Positions 45,165 to 54,339 of a DNA stretch of 64,000 nt are shown here, in pieces. Under the pieces are notes generated by a model. That model was not told where the DNA came from. It did not search any database and saw nothing but the letters and a program-made list of their open reading frames with translations. The position numbers and the translations under genes were made by a program. Where the stretch lies: positions 63,971-127,970 of the forward strand of contig CAVYUK010000004.1 of the NCBI GenBank assembly GCA_963771665.1, in the 5' to 3' direction. The first letter of the stretch is position 1. Each line of letters opens with the position of its first letter. Origin of the DNA: an uncultured Gammaproteobacteria bacterium. GTDB lineage: Bacteria; Pseudomonadota; Gammaproteobacteria; Steroidobacterales; Steroidobacteraceae.

Positions 45165-46166
45165 TTAATCTGGACTGTTCTCTAGCGTACGAATCTGGCT
45201 GGCGATCCGCTCGGACAACAGCACGGAGCCCGCCGTCGTGGTGTGCCGCCCACCCTCAAGAAAGTCGTTCACCGGCAACGTGTCGACGCGGTTGTCGATG
45301 ACGCCTGACAGTTTCCCGAGGAAAAAGGCAAGGTTCGGATCGCAGGCGGGGATCGGCGTGGCGTCTACAAGAACCGTGGTTCCATCCCGGCCATACTTCG
45401 AGCGCAGCAATTCAATCCAGTTCTTATCGGGAGCGCTGGCGTTACTCACGTAGGAACAGCTGGACAGAGCACGCGTGTCGTCGGGCACCATCCGGCTCTC
45501 GGTCCTGTTTCGCAGGTATTGCATCTCGGGCGACAACGGCTTGGCCACCGCGCTCTCCGACGGCTTCGTTACCGCCTTCTCAGCTGCAATGCGTAGACCG
45601 CGACAGCTCCAGTCGAGGAACTCGCCCGGATGCCGCAGCAACAGCTTGGCCGCGCGGCCGGGCTGACGCAGAGTGTAAGTAATGGCTTCGAATAAATGGA
45701 TGTTGGTGTTGCCGTATTGCTGGTCCGGATTCAAATCCTCCGGGGCGTAGTTGAAAATCAGGTACCGGGGTCGCCGATTGCGTTCCAGGTACTGATCTAC
45801 AAGCATGGTGCCTTCCAGCATCGTGATGCCCATGTATTCGGCGATATTGCAGGTGCTCAGGCCAGTGAGTTGCCGGACCCGGTCCGGATCGATTCCCAGC
45901 ATGGCGGTCGAGTCGCCGTAAATCACCACCTGGCAATTCGTGTCGCTAAGGGTGGCGCCGTAAGCCACCGTGACCAGGTAGCTGATGCCGGAATGCCGGG
46001 CGAACCACGCTGTTGGAACAATCAAAACCGCGGCGACGGGAAGCAGCAGAGGAAGCAGAATCAGCGGAAGCAAATACCGCGCGTAATGCTGCGTTGGCGA
46101 ACCGTCTGCTCCGCCGTCATCCCCGCCGGAAATCGTCTCTGCATCGGCGGGGGAAAGCTCTGACAC
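45165..46166 (-). CDS. membrane-anchored GDS-motif protein, putative DltD/SGNH-like partner of the MBOAT
   Basis: One N-terminal TM helix (LLPLILLPLLLPVAAVLIV), then VVIYGDSTAMLG. 14 nt upstream of the MBOAT on the same strand. The family call is tentative. Confidence 0.5.
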   Translation of the reverse strand: MSELSPADAETISGGDDGGADGSPTQHYARYLLPLILLPLLLPVAAVLIVPTAWFARHSGISYLVTVAYGATLSDTNCQVVIYGDSTAMLGIDPDRVRQLTGLSTCNIAEYMGITMLEGTMLVDQYLERNRRPRYLIFNYAPEDLNPDQQYGNTNIHLFEAITYTLRQPGRAAKLLLRHPGEFLDWSCRGLRIAAEKAVTKPSESAVAKPLSPEMQYLRNRTESRMVPDDTRALSSCSYVSNASAPDKNWIELLRSKYGRDGTTVLVDATPIPACDPNLAFFLGKLSGVIDNRVDTLPVNDFLEGGRHTTTAGSVLLSERIASQIRTLENSPD

Positions 46167-46193
46167 ACCGCGATTATAGCAAGCGCAGCCAAT

Positions 46194-47177
46194 TTGCTAT
46201 TCTCGATGTCTTCGGAACATGGAGACTTGGTGCAGATTATTGTCCGGCAGAGCGACGGTCTCGGAAATCAGCTTTTTCAATACGCGGCGGGGCGTTACCT
46301 GGCGAATCGATACAACGCGGATTTACGGATCGCCTTCCAGCCGCCGCGTTATACAACTGTGCGCGGAACTCGCAGGCCCAACCTGATCAATAAATTCGCG
46401 ATCGCTGCGAAAGCCGGTACTGCAACTGTGCTTGACCGACTGGTCACGTCCAACAAAGCGCCATTCGCTCTACCGGGGCGACTCATTCGAGCGCTCCGTA
46501 AAATTCAAGTGATAAGGCAACACATCGTGCAAGGCGTCGCGCCCGTGCAGTATCTGGACTACTACCCGACCGGTCACCTGAACGAGAGTTTCCCGCCGAA
46601 TTATGAATTCAAGATCGCGCCGGACGCCCGGGCGATCTACCTGGTGGGATATTGGCAGTCGTACTTGATGGTGCAGGAGGTCGAGGCCGAGCTTCGGGGT
46701 GAATTCAGCCTGGTGGAGCCACCGAGCAAGAGAACGCTGGAAATTGCTGCGGCTATCCGCGCAGCATCAAACCCGGTATCCGTGCACGTGCGACGCGGTG
46801 ATTATCGGGAGGAATTTGGCGAAAATGCCGTGCTACCGATTGCCTACTACGACCGGGCCGCACGCTTCATGATGAATCGCCTGGGCGATGCAGCCTGCTT
46901 TGTCTTTTCGGACGAGGTTGCCTTCGCCAAAGAATGGACGCGAGGCAAGGCGCGTATGGTGGTCGTCGATCACAACGACGCGGACTCCGCCCACGAGGAC
47001 CTTTGGCTCATGTCGCTGTGCCGGCATCACATCATTGCCAACAGCTCGTTTTCCTGGTGGGGCGCCTGGCTGAATCCAAGCAACAGCAAGCTCGTGGTTG
47101 CTCCTTCGAATTGGCTGGGATTTGAAACCAGGCGCACAGCCATAGCATCTGCCGACTGGACCTTGATAGACGCCTGA
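46194..47177 (+). CDS. glycosyltransferase family 11 (alpha-1,2-fucosyltransferase-like)
   Basis: GLGNQLFQYA, SVHVRRGDY and IIANSSFSWWGAWLN. Confidence 0.85.
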   Translation: MLFSMSSEHGDLVQIIVRQSDGLGNQLFQYAAGRYLANRYNADLRIAFQPPRYTTVRGTRRPNLINKFAIAAKAGTATVLDRLVTSNKAPFALPGRLIRALRKIQVIRQHIVQGVAPVQYLDYYPTGHLNESFPPNYEFKIAPDARAIYLVGYWQSYLMVQEVEAELRGEFSLVEPPSKRTLEIAAAIRAASNPVSVHVRRGDYREEFGENAVLPIAYYDRAARFMMNRLGDAACFVFSDEVAFAKEWTRGKARMVVVDHNDADSAHEDLWLMSLCRHHIIANSSFSWWGAWLNPSNSKLVVAPSNWLGFETRRTAIASADWTLIDA

Positions 47178-47263
47178 GATTTATTGGGACGAGGCCCTGG
47201 GCGGGAGCAGGTGATCCGTGAGTCGCGCGCTGGGCGCACGCTCGTTGCACACCTATAACAATT

Positions 47264-47701
47264 TCACTTTAAAATGAGTTCACGGATATATTCAGTGCCT
47301 AGAACTTTTCTGTATTCAGTCCGGGCCACCCTGGCCTTGTTCTGAACCTCGGTGCTCCCGATTACTTTCTTCGCCACTTCTTCTTCTTCGACCCCTTTAT
47401 CCAAAGCCGCCATGTTTTTATAAGTGATCCAGAGATATATATTGGGCTGATCCGGGGATTTTGGATTGAGCCTGAAGACCTTGTAATCGATGATTAGCCC
47501 AGCTTTCTTCGTGGCTTCCATGGTGGGCTTCCACGTCGAATTTAGCCAATCGATGTACTCTTCAAAATGTCCGTACTCAACGTGTATGTAGGCCACCTCA
47601 GTGACTGGACCCTCAGTGAACTGGCGCTGGTCCTGAGCACGTGCATTAAGCGAAAGTGAGGAAGCCGCGAGACACGCGGATAAGGTAATTGTCTTAAGCA
47701 T
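47264..47701 (-). CDS. hypothetical secreted protein
   Basis: 145 aa with a signal peptide (MLKTITLSACLAASSLSLNARA). AT-rich relative to the window. No family recognised. Confidence 0.5.
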   Translation of the reverse strand: MLKTITLSACLAASSLSLNARAQDQRQFTEGPVTEVAYIHVEYGHFEEYIDWLNSTWKPTMEATKKAGLIIDYKVFRLNPKSPDQPNIYLWITYKNMAALDKGVEEEEVAKKVIGSTEVQNKARVARTEYRKVLGTEYIRELILK

Positions 47702-47728
47702 TTTCGGTTCACCTGTTGTGATGTCTCT

Positions 47729-48450
47729 CTACTCGGCTAACACCCGGATTAAACTGACCTGAGTTACGCAATACTCTGATGCGCGATAGAGTGTCCTGGC
47801 CACGCGGAATCCGAAGGTGGTGGTCCGATAGGACGCGGGGATCCCGCGGCGGTTAGCCGAGCGGACGACGCTGAGATCAGCGTCCCAGGAGCCGCCACGC
47901 ACAACGCGCCGGCCACAGTCTCCAGACTGCCACGCCGTGCCATCAGTAGGCGCGCCGCTATAGTTGGTGTTCCAGCAATCTTGATTCCAATCCATGACGT
48001 TTCCGAGCATATCGTAGAGGCCGAATTGGTTCGGCGGAAAACTTCCAACTGGCGACGTGAATGCATACCCGTCGCGGCACGCTCGATTCACCCCGCTATC
48101 GCCACGATGCTGCTCGCTATAATCCAGATCACCAACATTGCTGTAGCGGCAGAACTCCGCCGGATTATCGCTGTGGTAACGCGCCGTCGTCGTCCCCGCG
48201 CGCGCCGCGTATTCCCACTCGGGCTCCGTTGGCAAGCGGTAGACGTGTCTGGCCGCTTTGTCTCCGCCACAAACTGAGCGTATTCATCACGCATCACGTC
48301 AAATTTGGCAATTGCGAGCTTGTGTTTGATCGTGATCAGATGCCGCCGTATCGAGCGTCCGCGAAGTTGATTGGGTAGATTCTCGCGCGCTTCTTCCCCC
48401 GCCGGTGCCCCCATAGTGAACCTGCCCCGCTGCACTACCATCCTTCCCTG
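47729..48450 (-). pseudogene. degraded formylglycine-generating-enzyme (SUMF1/FGE-sulfatase) family gene
   Basis: The C-terminal part is intact in ORF 47729..48235 (YRLPTEPEWEYAARAG...GNVMDW...RGGSW...FGFRVAR). The N-terminal part (GRFTMGAP...FDVMRDEYAQFVAETKRP) is in another frame (ORF 48088..48528). About 50 aa of expected sequence between the two parts is missing. Confidence 0.6.
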
Positions 48451-48513
48451 CGCTCTGCATATACTCTGATGCGAGACAGGTAATTCCACAACTTCATTAT
48501 TGTCACGATTATA

Positions 48514-49503
48514 ATGCCAGTGACGCACGATCCTGGGAGACCGCCCATGCTCGAAGATTTACGCGCCCTGGTAGAGTTCGCCCAGGCCGGGTCCATCGCC
48601 GGTGCAGCCGAGCGTCTATTCCGGACGCCCTCTGCGATTACCCGGCAAGTGCAAAGACTGGAGGCTGCGTTGGGTGCCCAGTTGCTCGACCGCTCGGTTA
48701 AGCCGCCGCGTCTGAACTCGCTTGGTTCCAGGGTGCTCGAACAAGCGCGAGATTTGCTACGGCGGACCCAGGTGCTGAAATCTCTTACGTCGAGCGACGC
48801 CGAGCCTCACGGCCTGTTGCGCATCGGGCTGTCGCATGCCCTGGCCGAGGGGACGCTTATCGAACCTATTCAGGCGCTGACTGACAAATATCCCAACGTC
48901 CGACTGCGGCTGTCGAGCGCTCTGACCGGTGAATTAATTAGCCGGCTGCTCGCGGGTGAACTCGACGTTGCTGCCGTGCTGTTGGCCGAAGGTAGAGCTG
49001 CCCCTGCACCTCTTCTGACGAATATCATCGCTCGCGACCGCATGGAGATTGTTCAAGGCGCCGCGGGCAACCTTGACCATGATTGGAAGAGTTTGGGCCG
49101 AGCACCCTGGGTGCTCAATCCGCCCGGGTGCGTTCTTCGGGCGAGCCTCATCGATCGGATGGAGCGTGCCGGCTTCACCCCCATGATTGCGGCCGAAATC
49201 CACAACATGCATATGCAGCTGGCGTTCGTTCAGGCCGGTTATGGTCTCGGGCTGCTACCCGCTCGCTTTATTGCCAGGAATCGTTCTGTCGAGCCCGTGA
49301 AGGTATTGCGTCCGCCATCGTTTGACCTGCACCGATCCGTCGCGTTGGTCCGGGTTGAGCAACTCGGCGCTTTGGGGAAGGCCGTCGAACTGTTGGCAAA
49401 CGGGTTTCGGCAATTGTTCGAGGCAGCCGACAGAAAGAACCCCGTGACTAGGCATCGGAGAGGTGCGCCGGCAAATCGGCGGGCGGCGCGACCGCCCAAG
49501 TAG
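48514..49503 (+). CDS. LysR family transcriptional regulator
   Basis: HTH SIAGAAERLFRTPSAITRQVQRLE. The likely true start is Met12 (nt 48547, MLEDLRALVEF). Confidence 0.9.
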   Translation: MPVTHDPGRPPMLEDLRALVEFAQAGSIAGAAERLFRTPSAITRQVQRLEAALGAQLLDRSVKPPRLNSLGSRVLEQARDLLRRTQVLKSLTSSDAEPHGLLRIGLSHALAEGTLIEPIQALTDKYPNVRLRLSSALTGELISRLLAGELDVAAVLLAEGRAAPAPLLTNIIARDRMEIVQGAAGNLDHDWKSLGRAPWVLNPPGCVLRASLIDRMERAGFTPMIAAEIHNMHMQLAFVQAGYGLGLLPARFIARNRSVEPVKVLRPPSFDLHRSVALVRVEQLGALGKAVELLANGFRQLFEAADRKNPVTRHRRGAPANRRAARPPK

Positions 49504-49569
49504 TCACCGGAGAAGAGGGCGCAGCTAGATATGACAAGCAGCTCAAAACACATATTCATAGCAGCGTGT

Positions 49570-50118
49570 TCAGTGGGCCCAAGCGTGCTCCTGAAAGGCT
49601 GTCTCAAGAGGCGTTTTGGTGACGCTTCCGGTGTAATTCGTGATTGTTGACGCGGCAACGATGGCGATGACCTCCAGAGCAAGCTCTTTACCGAAGCCGG
49701 CCGCAATGAAGATGTCAATGTCCGCATCAGGTACTCGCCCGCGCGTTTCGATCATCTTTCTCGCCAGCGCTGACAAGGCGGCGAGCTTCCCGTCTTTAGG
49801 CAGACGACCCTCTCGAATGGCATGCACATCCGCCGGATTGAGCCCTGCCTTGAGTGCCAAAGCCGTGTGGAATGCGACGGCCCAAGTGCACGCGTTGACT
49901 ACCGCATCGGTGAGCAGCACGGTCTGGATCTGTGGCTCCGTAAAGCTTCCGCCGTGCACATTCCCGAATAGAGCGACGAGGCTTCTGATGAGCACTGGAG
50001 AGGTCGCCATCGCACCGGCAATATTCGGGATCATTCCGAACGCCGCCTGCAAACTATGCAGTGCCTGCCGCGAGCCTTCTGGAGCCGAATCGATGGTGTG
50101 AACCGCGAAGTTTGTCAT
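49570..50118 (-). CDS. carboxymuconolactone decarboxylase (CMD/AhpD-like) family protein
   Basis: ORF 49570..50166, start taken at MTNFAVHTIDSAPEGSRQAL. All-helical CMD-like sequence. Confidence 0.7.
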   Translation of the reverse strand: MTNFAVHTIDSAPEGSRQALHSLQAAFGMIPNIAGAMATSPVLIRSLVALFGNVHGGSFTEPQIQTVLLTDAVVNACTWAVAFHTALALKAGLNPADVHAIREGRLPKDGKLAALSALARKMIETRGRVPDADIDIFIAAGFGKELALEVIAIVAASTITNYTGSVTKTPLETAFQEHAWAH

Positions 50119-50169
50119 GTGAATTCTCTCAGGTTGATGTTGATGTGAATAAGTTGCTACGGCCACGGC

Positions 50170-51183
50170 TCACTTCAGGTCACTGTAATTGACCGGCACC
50201 CAGGCATAGCCCTTACCTTCGGTACGTATATGACCGATGCCGGGAAACGCCAGGTGTGCCGTGCCCACGAGATATCCCGCCTTCGCCGCGTCTGCGTAGG
50301 CGTGCAGGCGTTGCGCCGCCGCGCCTTTACTGTCGACATCGAATTGAACGGTCACGAAGGGTTCACCGAACTGCACGGCGGCGACATGCACCAGGTCGCC
50401 CCATAGCACCATCTTTTGACCTTGGCTCTCGATCGAATAAATGCTGTGTCCTGGGGTGTGTCCGGGCGCAGCGATCGCCTCGATTCCCGGAACCAGTTGA
50501 GTGTCTCCCTCGAAAGGTTTGAACTTACCGGCGGCGATGTACGGGTTCACCGACGCCATCGCGTCCCTGAAAAAGTCCTTCATCCCCGCAGGCGCTTTGT
50601 CGAGATTCGCCTCGCTGAGCCAAAAATCGGCTTCATGCTTGTCGGCTCGGAGCACAGCATTCGGGAACGCGAGCTTACCGGCTGCCATCAGTCCGCCGGC
50701 ATGGTCGGGATGCATATGGGTAAGGTAGACTTCATCGATCTGTTCGGGCCGGTAACCTGACGCTTTCAGGTTCGTCAGCAGATTGCCCGCGGTGGGACCC
50801 ATCAGGCTGCCACTCCCCGTATCGATCAGCACCAGCTTGGCGCCGGTGTTGATGAGGAATGCGTTGTCCGAGGCCTCGAAGGGTGACTTCTGAAAATTCC
50901 GCGCAAGCGCCTTCTCGGTCTCGGCCTCGGTGGTGTTGGTCAGAATCGATGCCGGCAACGACAGCGAGCCGTCTCTTAGCACCGTGACCTCGAAGTCCCC
51001 GAGCATCAGGCGGTAGTACCCGGGGACTTGAGTCTTGACCTGCGGGGCCGCAGCATGCGCGGCATTCAGCGCGATCGCGGCGCCTGTCAATATCGCCAGC
51101 GCACGCCGCGCTCCTCGGAATAATTCAATGCTGCTCCGCATTGTGATTGCGAAAACAGTCGAACGGGGAAAGCTCGTGCTCAT
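50170..51183 (-). CDS. secreted MBL-fold metallo-hydrolase (lactonase-like)
   Basis: ORF 50170..51222. AAGGAA precedes the ATG at 51183. Signal or Tat-like leader (RGARRALAILTGAAIALNAAHA). HxHxDH motif THMHPDHAGG. Confidence 0.85.
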   Translation of the reverse strand: MSTSFPRSTVFAITMRSSIELFRGARRALAILTGAAIALNAAHAAAPQVKTQVPGYYRLMLGDFEVTVLRDGSLSLPASILTNTTEAETEKALARNFQKSPFEASDNAFLINTGAKLVLIDTGSGSLMGPTAGNLLTNLKASGYRPEQIDEVYLTHMHPDHAGGLMAAGKLAFPNAVLRADKHEADFWLSEANLDKAPAGMKDFFRDAMASVNPYIAAGKFKPFEGDTQLVPGIEAIAAPGHTPGHSIYSIESQGQKMVLWGDLVHVAAVQFGEPFVTVQFDVDSKGAAAQRLHAYADAAKAGYLVGTAHLAFPGIGHIRTEGKGYAWVPVNYSDLK

Positions 51184-51426
51184 GGCAGTTTTCCTTGATG
51201 ATGGTGTTCGTGTGTCTGGCATGGCAGCGGCTGGATCAGGTGGCGAAAATGTACGACCACGATTGATGGCCGTATTGCCAATAACCCCTCGATTCCCGCC
51301 ACACGGTAAGATGAGGCCGTAGAGTTTTAGTCGAGCTGCGATCCCGTGCCGTTGGAGTCGTTTGGAATCACGTAAATCTCTGATTGAACAATAGGGGTAG
51401 ACGGGATCAATCTACCCAGGCAGGCT

Positions 51427-52428
51427 TTGGCGATAATGCCAATGCACCCTCGGTCCGTGCCACATCCCGTTCGTGTAGTCGAATTGCTCGCTTTTCCCCT
51501 GGTGCAGTTGCTGGACGTCACAGGTCCGTTTCAGGTATTTGCCTCCGCCAACGATCTCGTTCTCGAAGCGGGAGGGCGCCCGCCCTACGACCTACAGGTT
51601 GTGGCGCGAAGCGGCGTGCAAGTGACGGCTTCAGCCGGACTCAAACTGTCGACCCGTCCGCTTCCGATCGCCTCTGCTGCAGTGGACACTCTGATGGTGG
51701 CCGGCGGCCAGGGCGTGGAGGCGGCCGCGGCGGATCCGGTGATAATCGAATGGGTGGAGGCACGAGCAAAGCGAGCACGCCGCGTCGCCTCCGTCTGCAC
51801 CGGGGCATTTCTACTGGCTGCCTCAGGTCTGCTCGACGGGCGCCGAGCCGTCACTCATTGGTCGTTCTGTGCCGAACTCGCCCGCCGCTTTCCCAAGGTA
51901 CGCGTTGAATCCGATCCAATCTTCGTGCACGACGGCCCGGTCTGGAGCTCGGCAGGGGTGACCGCCGGCATCGATCTTGCCCTGGCGCTCGTGGAAGAGG
52001 ACTTGGGGCGTGCGCTGGCGCTGGCCGTGGCGAGATACCTGGTTGTTTTCGTGAAGCGTCCAGGAGGGCAGGCGCAGTTCAGCACCGCACTGTCGCTCCA
52101 GGGCGCAGATGATGAGTTCGGGCCGCTGCACGAATGGATCAACAATCACCTGGCCGATGAGCTACCGCTTCCCGCATTGGCAGACCGGGCAGGAATGAGT
52201 GAGCGCAGTTTCAGCCGTCACTATGTTGCGGCAACAGGCTTTACCCCAGCCCGCGCCATTGAGCGATTGCGAGTCGAAGCGGCGCGGCGGTTGTTATCCG
52301 AATCCGGCCTGCCGGTGAAGAGGATATGTCAGCGTTGCGGGTTCGGATCGGAGGAAACCATGCGGCGCAGCTTCCTACGACTGCTGGCAGTAACCCCACA
52401 GGATTATCGCGCTCGGTTCAGGGCATGA
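51427..52428 (+). CDS. GlxA-type AraC family regulator (DJ-1/PfpI-like N-domain)
   Basis: N-terminal amidotransferase-like fold (VASVCTGAFLLAASGLL) and a C-terminal AraC HTH. Divergent from the MBL gene. Confidence 0.85.
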   Translation: MAIMPMHPRSVPHPVRVVELLAFPLVQLLDVTGPFQVFASANDLVLEAGGRPPYDLQVVARSGVQVTASAGLKLSTRPLPIASAAVDTLMVAGGQGVEAAAADPVIIEWVEARAKRARRVASVCTGAFLLAASGLLDGRRAVTHWSFCAELARRFPKVRVESDPIFVHDGPVWSSAGVTAGIDLALALVEEDLGRALALAVARYLVVFVKRPGGQAQFSTALSLQGADDEFGPLHEWINNHLADELPLPALADRAGMSERSFSRHYVAATGFTPARAIERLRVEAARRLLSESGLPVKRICQRCGFGSEETMRRSFLRLLAVTPQDYRARFRA

Positions 52429-52459
52429 AATGAGCCTTCTGTCAGAGCTGGTTTTGCTG

Positions 52460-52768
52460 TTATCGCTGATCAGGCGGAATGGTCCTAATGGAAGCGGCAA
52501 ACGTTTTGTGTGCGGCGTGGTCGACTGGTTTTGAGATTACTACAGCCGAGGCAGGAGCTGCGGTTAAACAATTCTCGCCCCTCCATCGGCGTGCCGGACG
52601 AATGGGTCGTGCCGTAAATCCGCCGCCACAATTAGGACATACGTTGTCGAGCAATTCTTTCACGCATGTTCGACAGAACGTGCACTCGAAGGAACAAATC
52701 ATCGCCTCGAGGGAATTGGGCAGCAATTGAGCGCCACAGCTTTCGCAGGTTGGGCGAATTTCCAGCAT
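52460..52768 (-). CDS. DUF1272-like Cys-rich zinc-ribbon protein
   Basis: ORF 52460..52807, start at MLEIRPTCESCGAQL. Then CSFECTFCRTC and CPNCGGG. Confidence 0.75.
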   Translation of the reverse strand: MLEIRPTCESCGAQLLPNSLEAMICSFECTFCRTCVKELLDNVCPNCGGGFTARPIRPARRWRGENCLTAAPASAVVISKPVDHAAHKTFAASIRTIPPDQR

Positions 52769-52957
52769 ATATTGCCTCTTTAGTTTCTCTGGGCGGGCTT
52801 TAGTCAAGTTGCACGGCGGCAGCTGCGAAGGATCGCTTCGTCACGAATAAGGAGCCAGCAAAAACCGAAGGCTGGAGAGGAGAAACTCGCCGCTCGATCG
52901 AGTGTTGGGCGAGATCCAGGCAACAGGTTTTTTCAGTGCCCGATTGACCTGGCCAAT

Positions 52958-54247
52958 GTCCTACCGGGCACATAGGTAACACTTCTTCCGAGCACATGGG
53001 TAACACTTTTCGGCATTTGCGGGAGACGCAACATGCCTTGGAAGGAGTTATCCAAGATGGACGAGAGGATGCGTTTCGTGGCTCGGTTGATGGAGGGAGA
53101 GAAGATGGCGGTGTTGTGCCGTGAGTTCGATATCTCCCGCAAAACCGGCTACAAGATCTTCAACCGCTACAAGCACGCGGGGATCGAAGGGCTCACCGAC
53201 CGCAGCCGCCGCCCGTACCGACACGCCAACCGGCTGCCCTTTCAGATTGAGCAGCTGATCTTGCAGATCAAGGAGAAGCGCTCGAGCTGGGGAGCGCAGA
53301 AGATCCGGGACAAGATCAAGCTGCTCCACACCAAGATCCACCTTCCCGCCATCAGCACCGTGCATGCGGTCCTGTACCGCAACGGCCTGGTGGGCGATGA
53401 GGGTCGTCCGCGCTACAAGGCTCAGGGCACGACCCTATCCCAGGCTAACCGACCCAACGATCTGTGGTGCGCCGATTACAAGGGCGAGTTCATGCTCGCC
53501 GATAAACGGTATTGCTACCCGCTGACCATCACCGACTTCGCCAGTCGCTACCTGCTCTGCTGTGACGCCCTGGGCAGCACCCAGGAGATGTTCGCTTTTA
53601 CCGTGTTTGAGCGGGCTTTTAAGGACTTCGGACTGCCTCTGGCTATCCGTACCGACAACGGCATCCCCTTCGCCAGCCGCAGTGCCTTCTTCGGCCTCTC
53701 CAAGCTCTCAGTGTGGTGGTTGCGCCTCGGGATCGGCATCGAGCGCATCAAGCCCGGCAATCCGCAACAGAACGGCCGCCACGAGCGCATGCATCTGACC
53801 CTCAAGAAGGAAGCTACCAAGCCGGCGGCCAACAATCTGTTGCAGCAGCAAGCCAAGTTCGATCACTTCATCGAGTACTACAACCGAGAACGCCCGCACC
53901 AGGCCCTGGAGGGTCGCTGCCCCGCTCAGCTGTATCGACCGTCCCGGCGACCCTACACCGGCTTGAGTGATCTGGAATATCCCTTCCACGATCGCACCAT
54001 CACGGTGACCACCTGTGGGCGCATCTGTTTCGGACGGCGTAAGATCAATCTAAGCCAGGTCTTCGCCGGACAGAATGTCGGCATCAAAGAAGTGGCTGAA
54101 AAGATCTGGCTGGTCAGCTTTATGCACTACGACCTGGGGTTCTTTGATCACGAGGTAGGTCGCGTCGAGTGTGCCCCTAACCCGTTCGGCGCCAAACTGT
54201 TACCCATGTCTCCGGAATGAAATGGGTACCATGTGCCCGGTTAGGAC
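52958..54247 (+). mobile_element. IS481-family insertion sequence, complete with terminal inverted repeats
   Basis: IRL is GTCCTACCGGGCACATAGGTAAC (52958->). The reverse complement of the right end is GTCCTAACCGGGCACATGGTACC (54247<-). A subterminal second copy of CACATGGGTAACA lies at each end. No flanking direct repeat seen. Confidence 0.85.
53033..54220 (+). CDS. IS481-family DDE transposase
   Basis: N-terminal HTH ([18 protein letters not shown]). rve core WCADYKG (D), IRTDNGIPF (D) and [10 protein letters not shown] (E). Confidence 0.9.
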   Translation: MPWKELSKMDERMRFVARLMEGEKMAVLCREFDISRKTGYKIFNRYKHAGIEGLTDRSRRPYRHANRLPFQIEQLILQIKEKRSSWGAQKIRDKIKLLHTKIHLPAISTVHAVLYRNGLVGDEGRPRYKAQGTTLSQANRPNDLWCADYKGEFMLADKRYCYPLTITDFASRYLLCCDALGSTQEMFAFTVFERAFKDFGLPLAIRTDNGIPFASRSAFFGLSKLSVWWLRLGIGIERIKPGNPQQNGRHERMHLTLKKEATKPAANNLLQQQAKFDHFIEYYNRERPHQALEGRCPAQLYRPSRRPYTGLSDLEYPFHDRTITVTTCGRICFGRRKINLSQVFAGQNVGIKEVAEKIWLVSFMHYDLGFFDHEVGRVECAPNPFGAKLLPMSPE

Positions 54248-54258
54248 CTCAAAAGAAA

Positions 54259-54335
54259 TGGCGCGCCCGACTGGATTCGAACCAGTGACCCCTGCCTTCG
54301 GAGGGCAGTACTCTATCCAGCTGAGCTACGGGCGC
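54259..54335 (-). tRNA. tRNA-Arg (anticodon CCG)
   Basis: The minus strand reads GCGCCCGTAGCTCAGCTGGATAGAGTACTGCCCTCCGAAGGCAGGGGTCACTGGTTCGAATCCAGTCGGGCGCGCCA. It has a 7-bp acceptor stem, anticodon stem CTGCC/GGCAG, loop CTCCGAA, T-arm GGTTCGAATCC and an encoded CCA. Confidence 0.95.
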
Positions 54336-54339
54336 GCGG

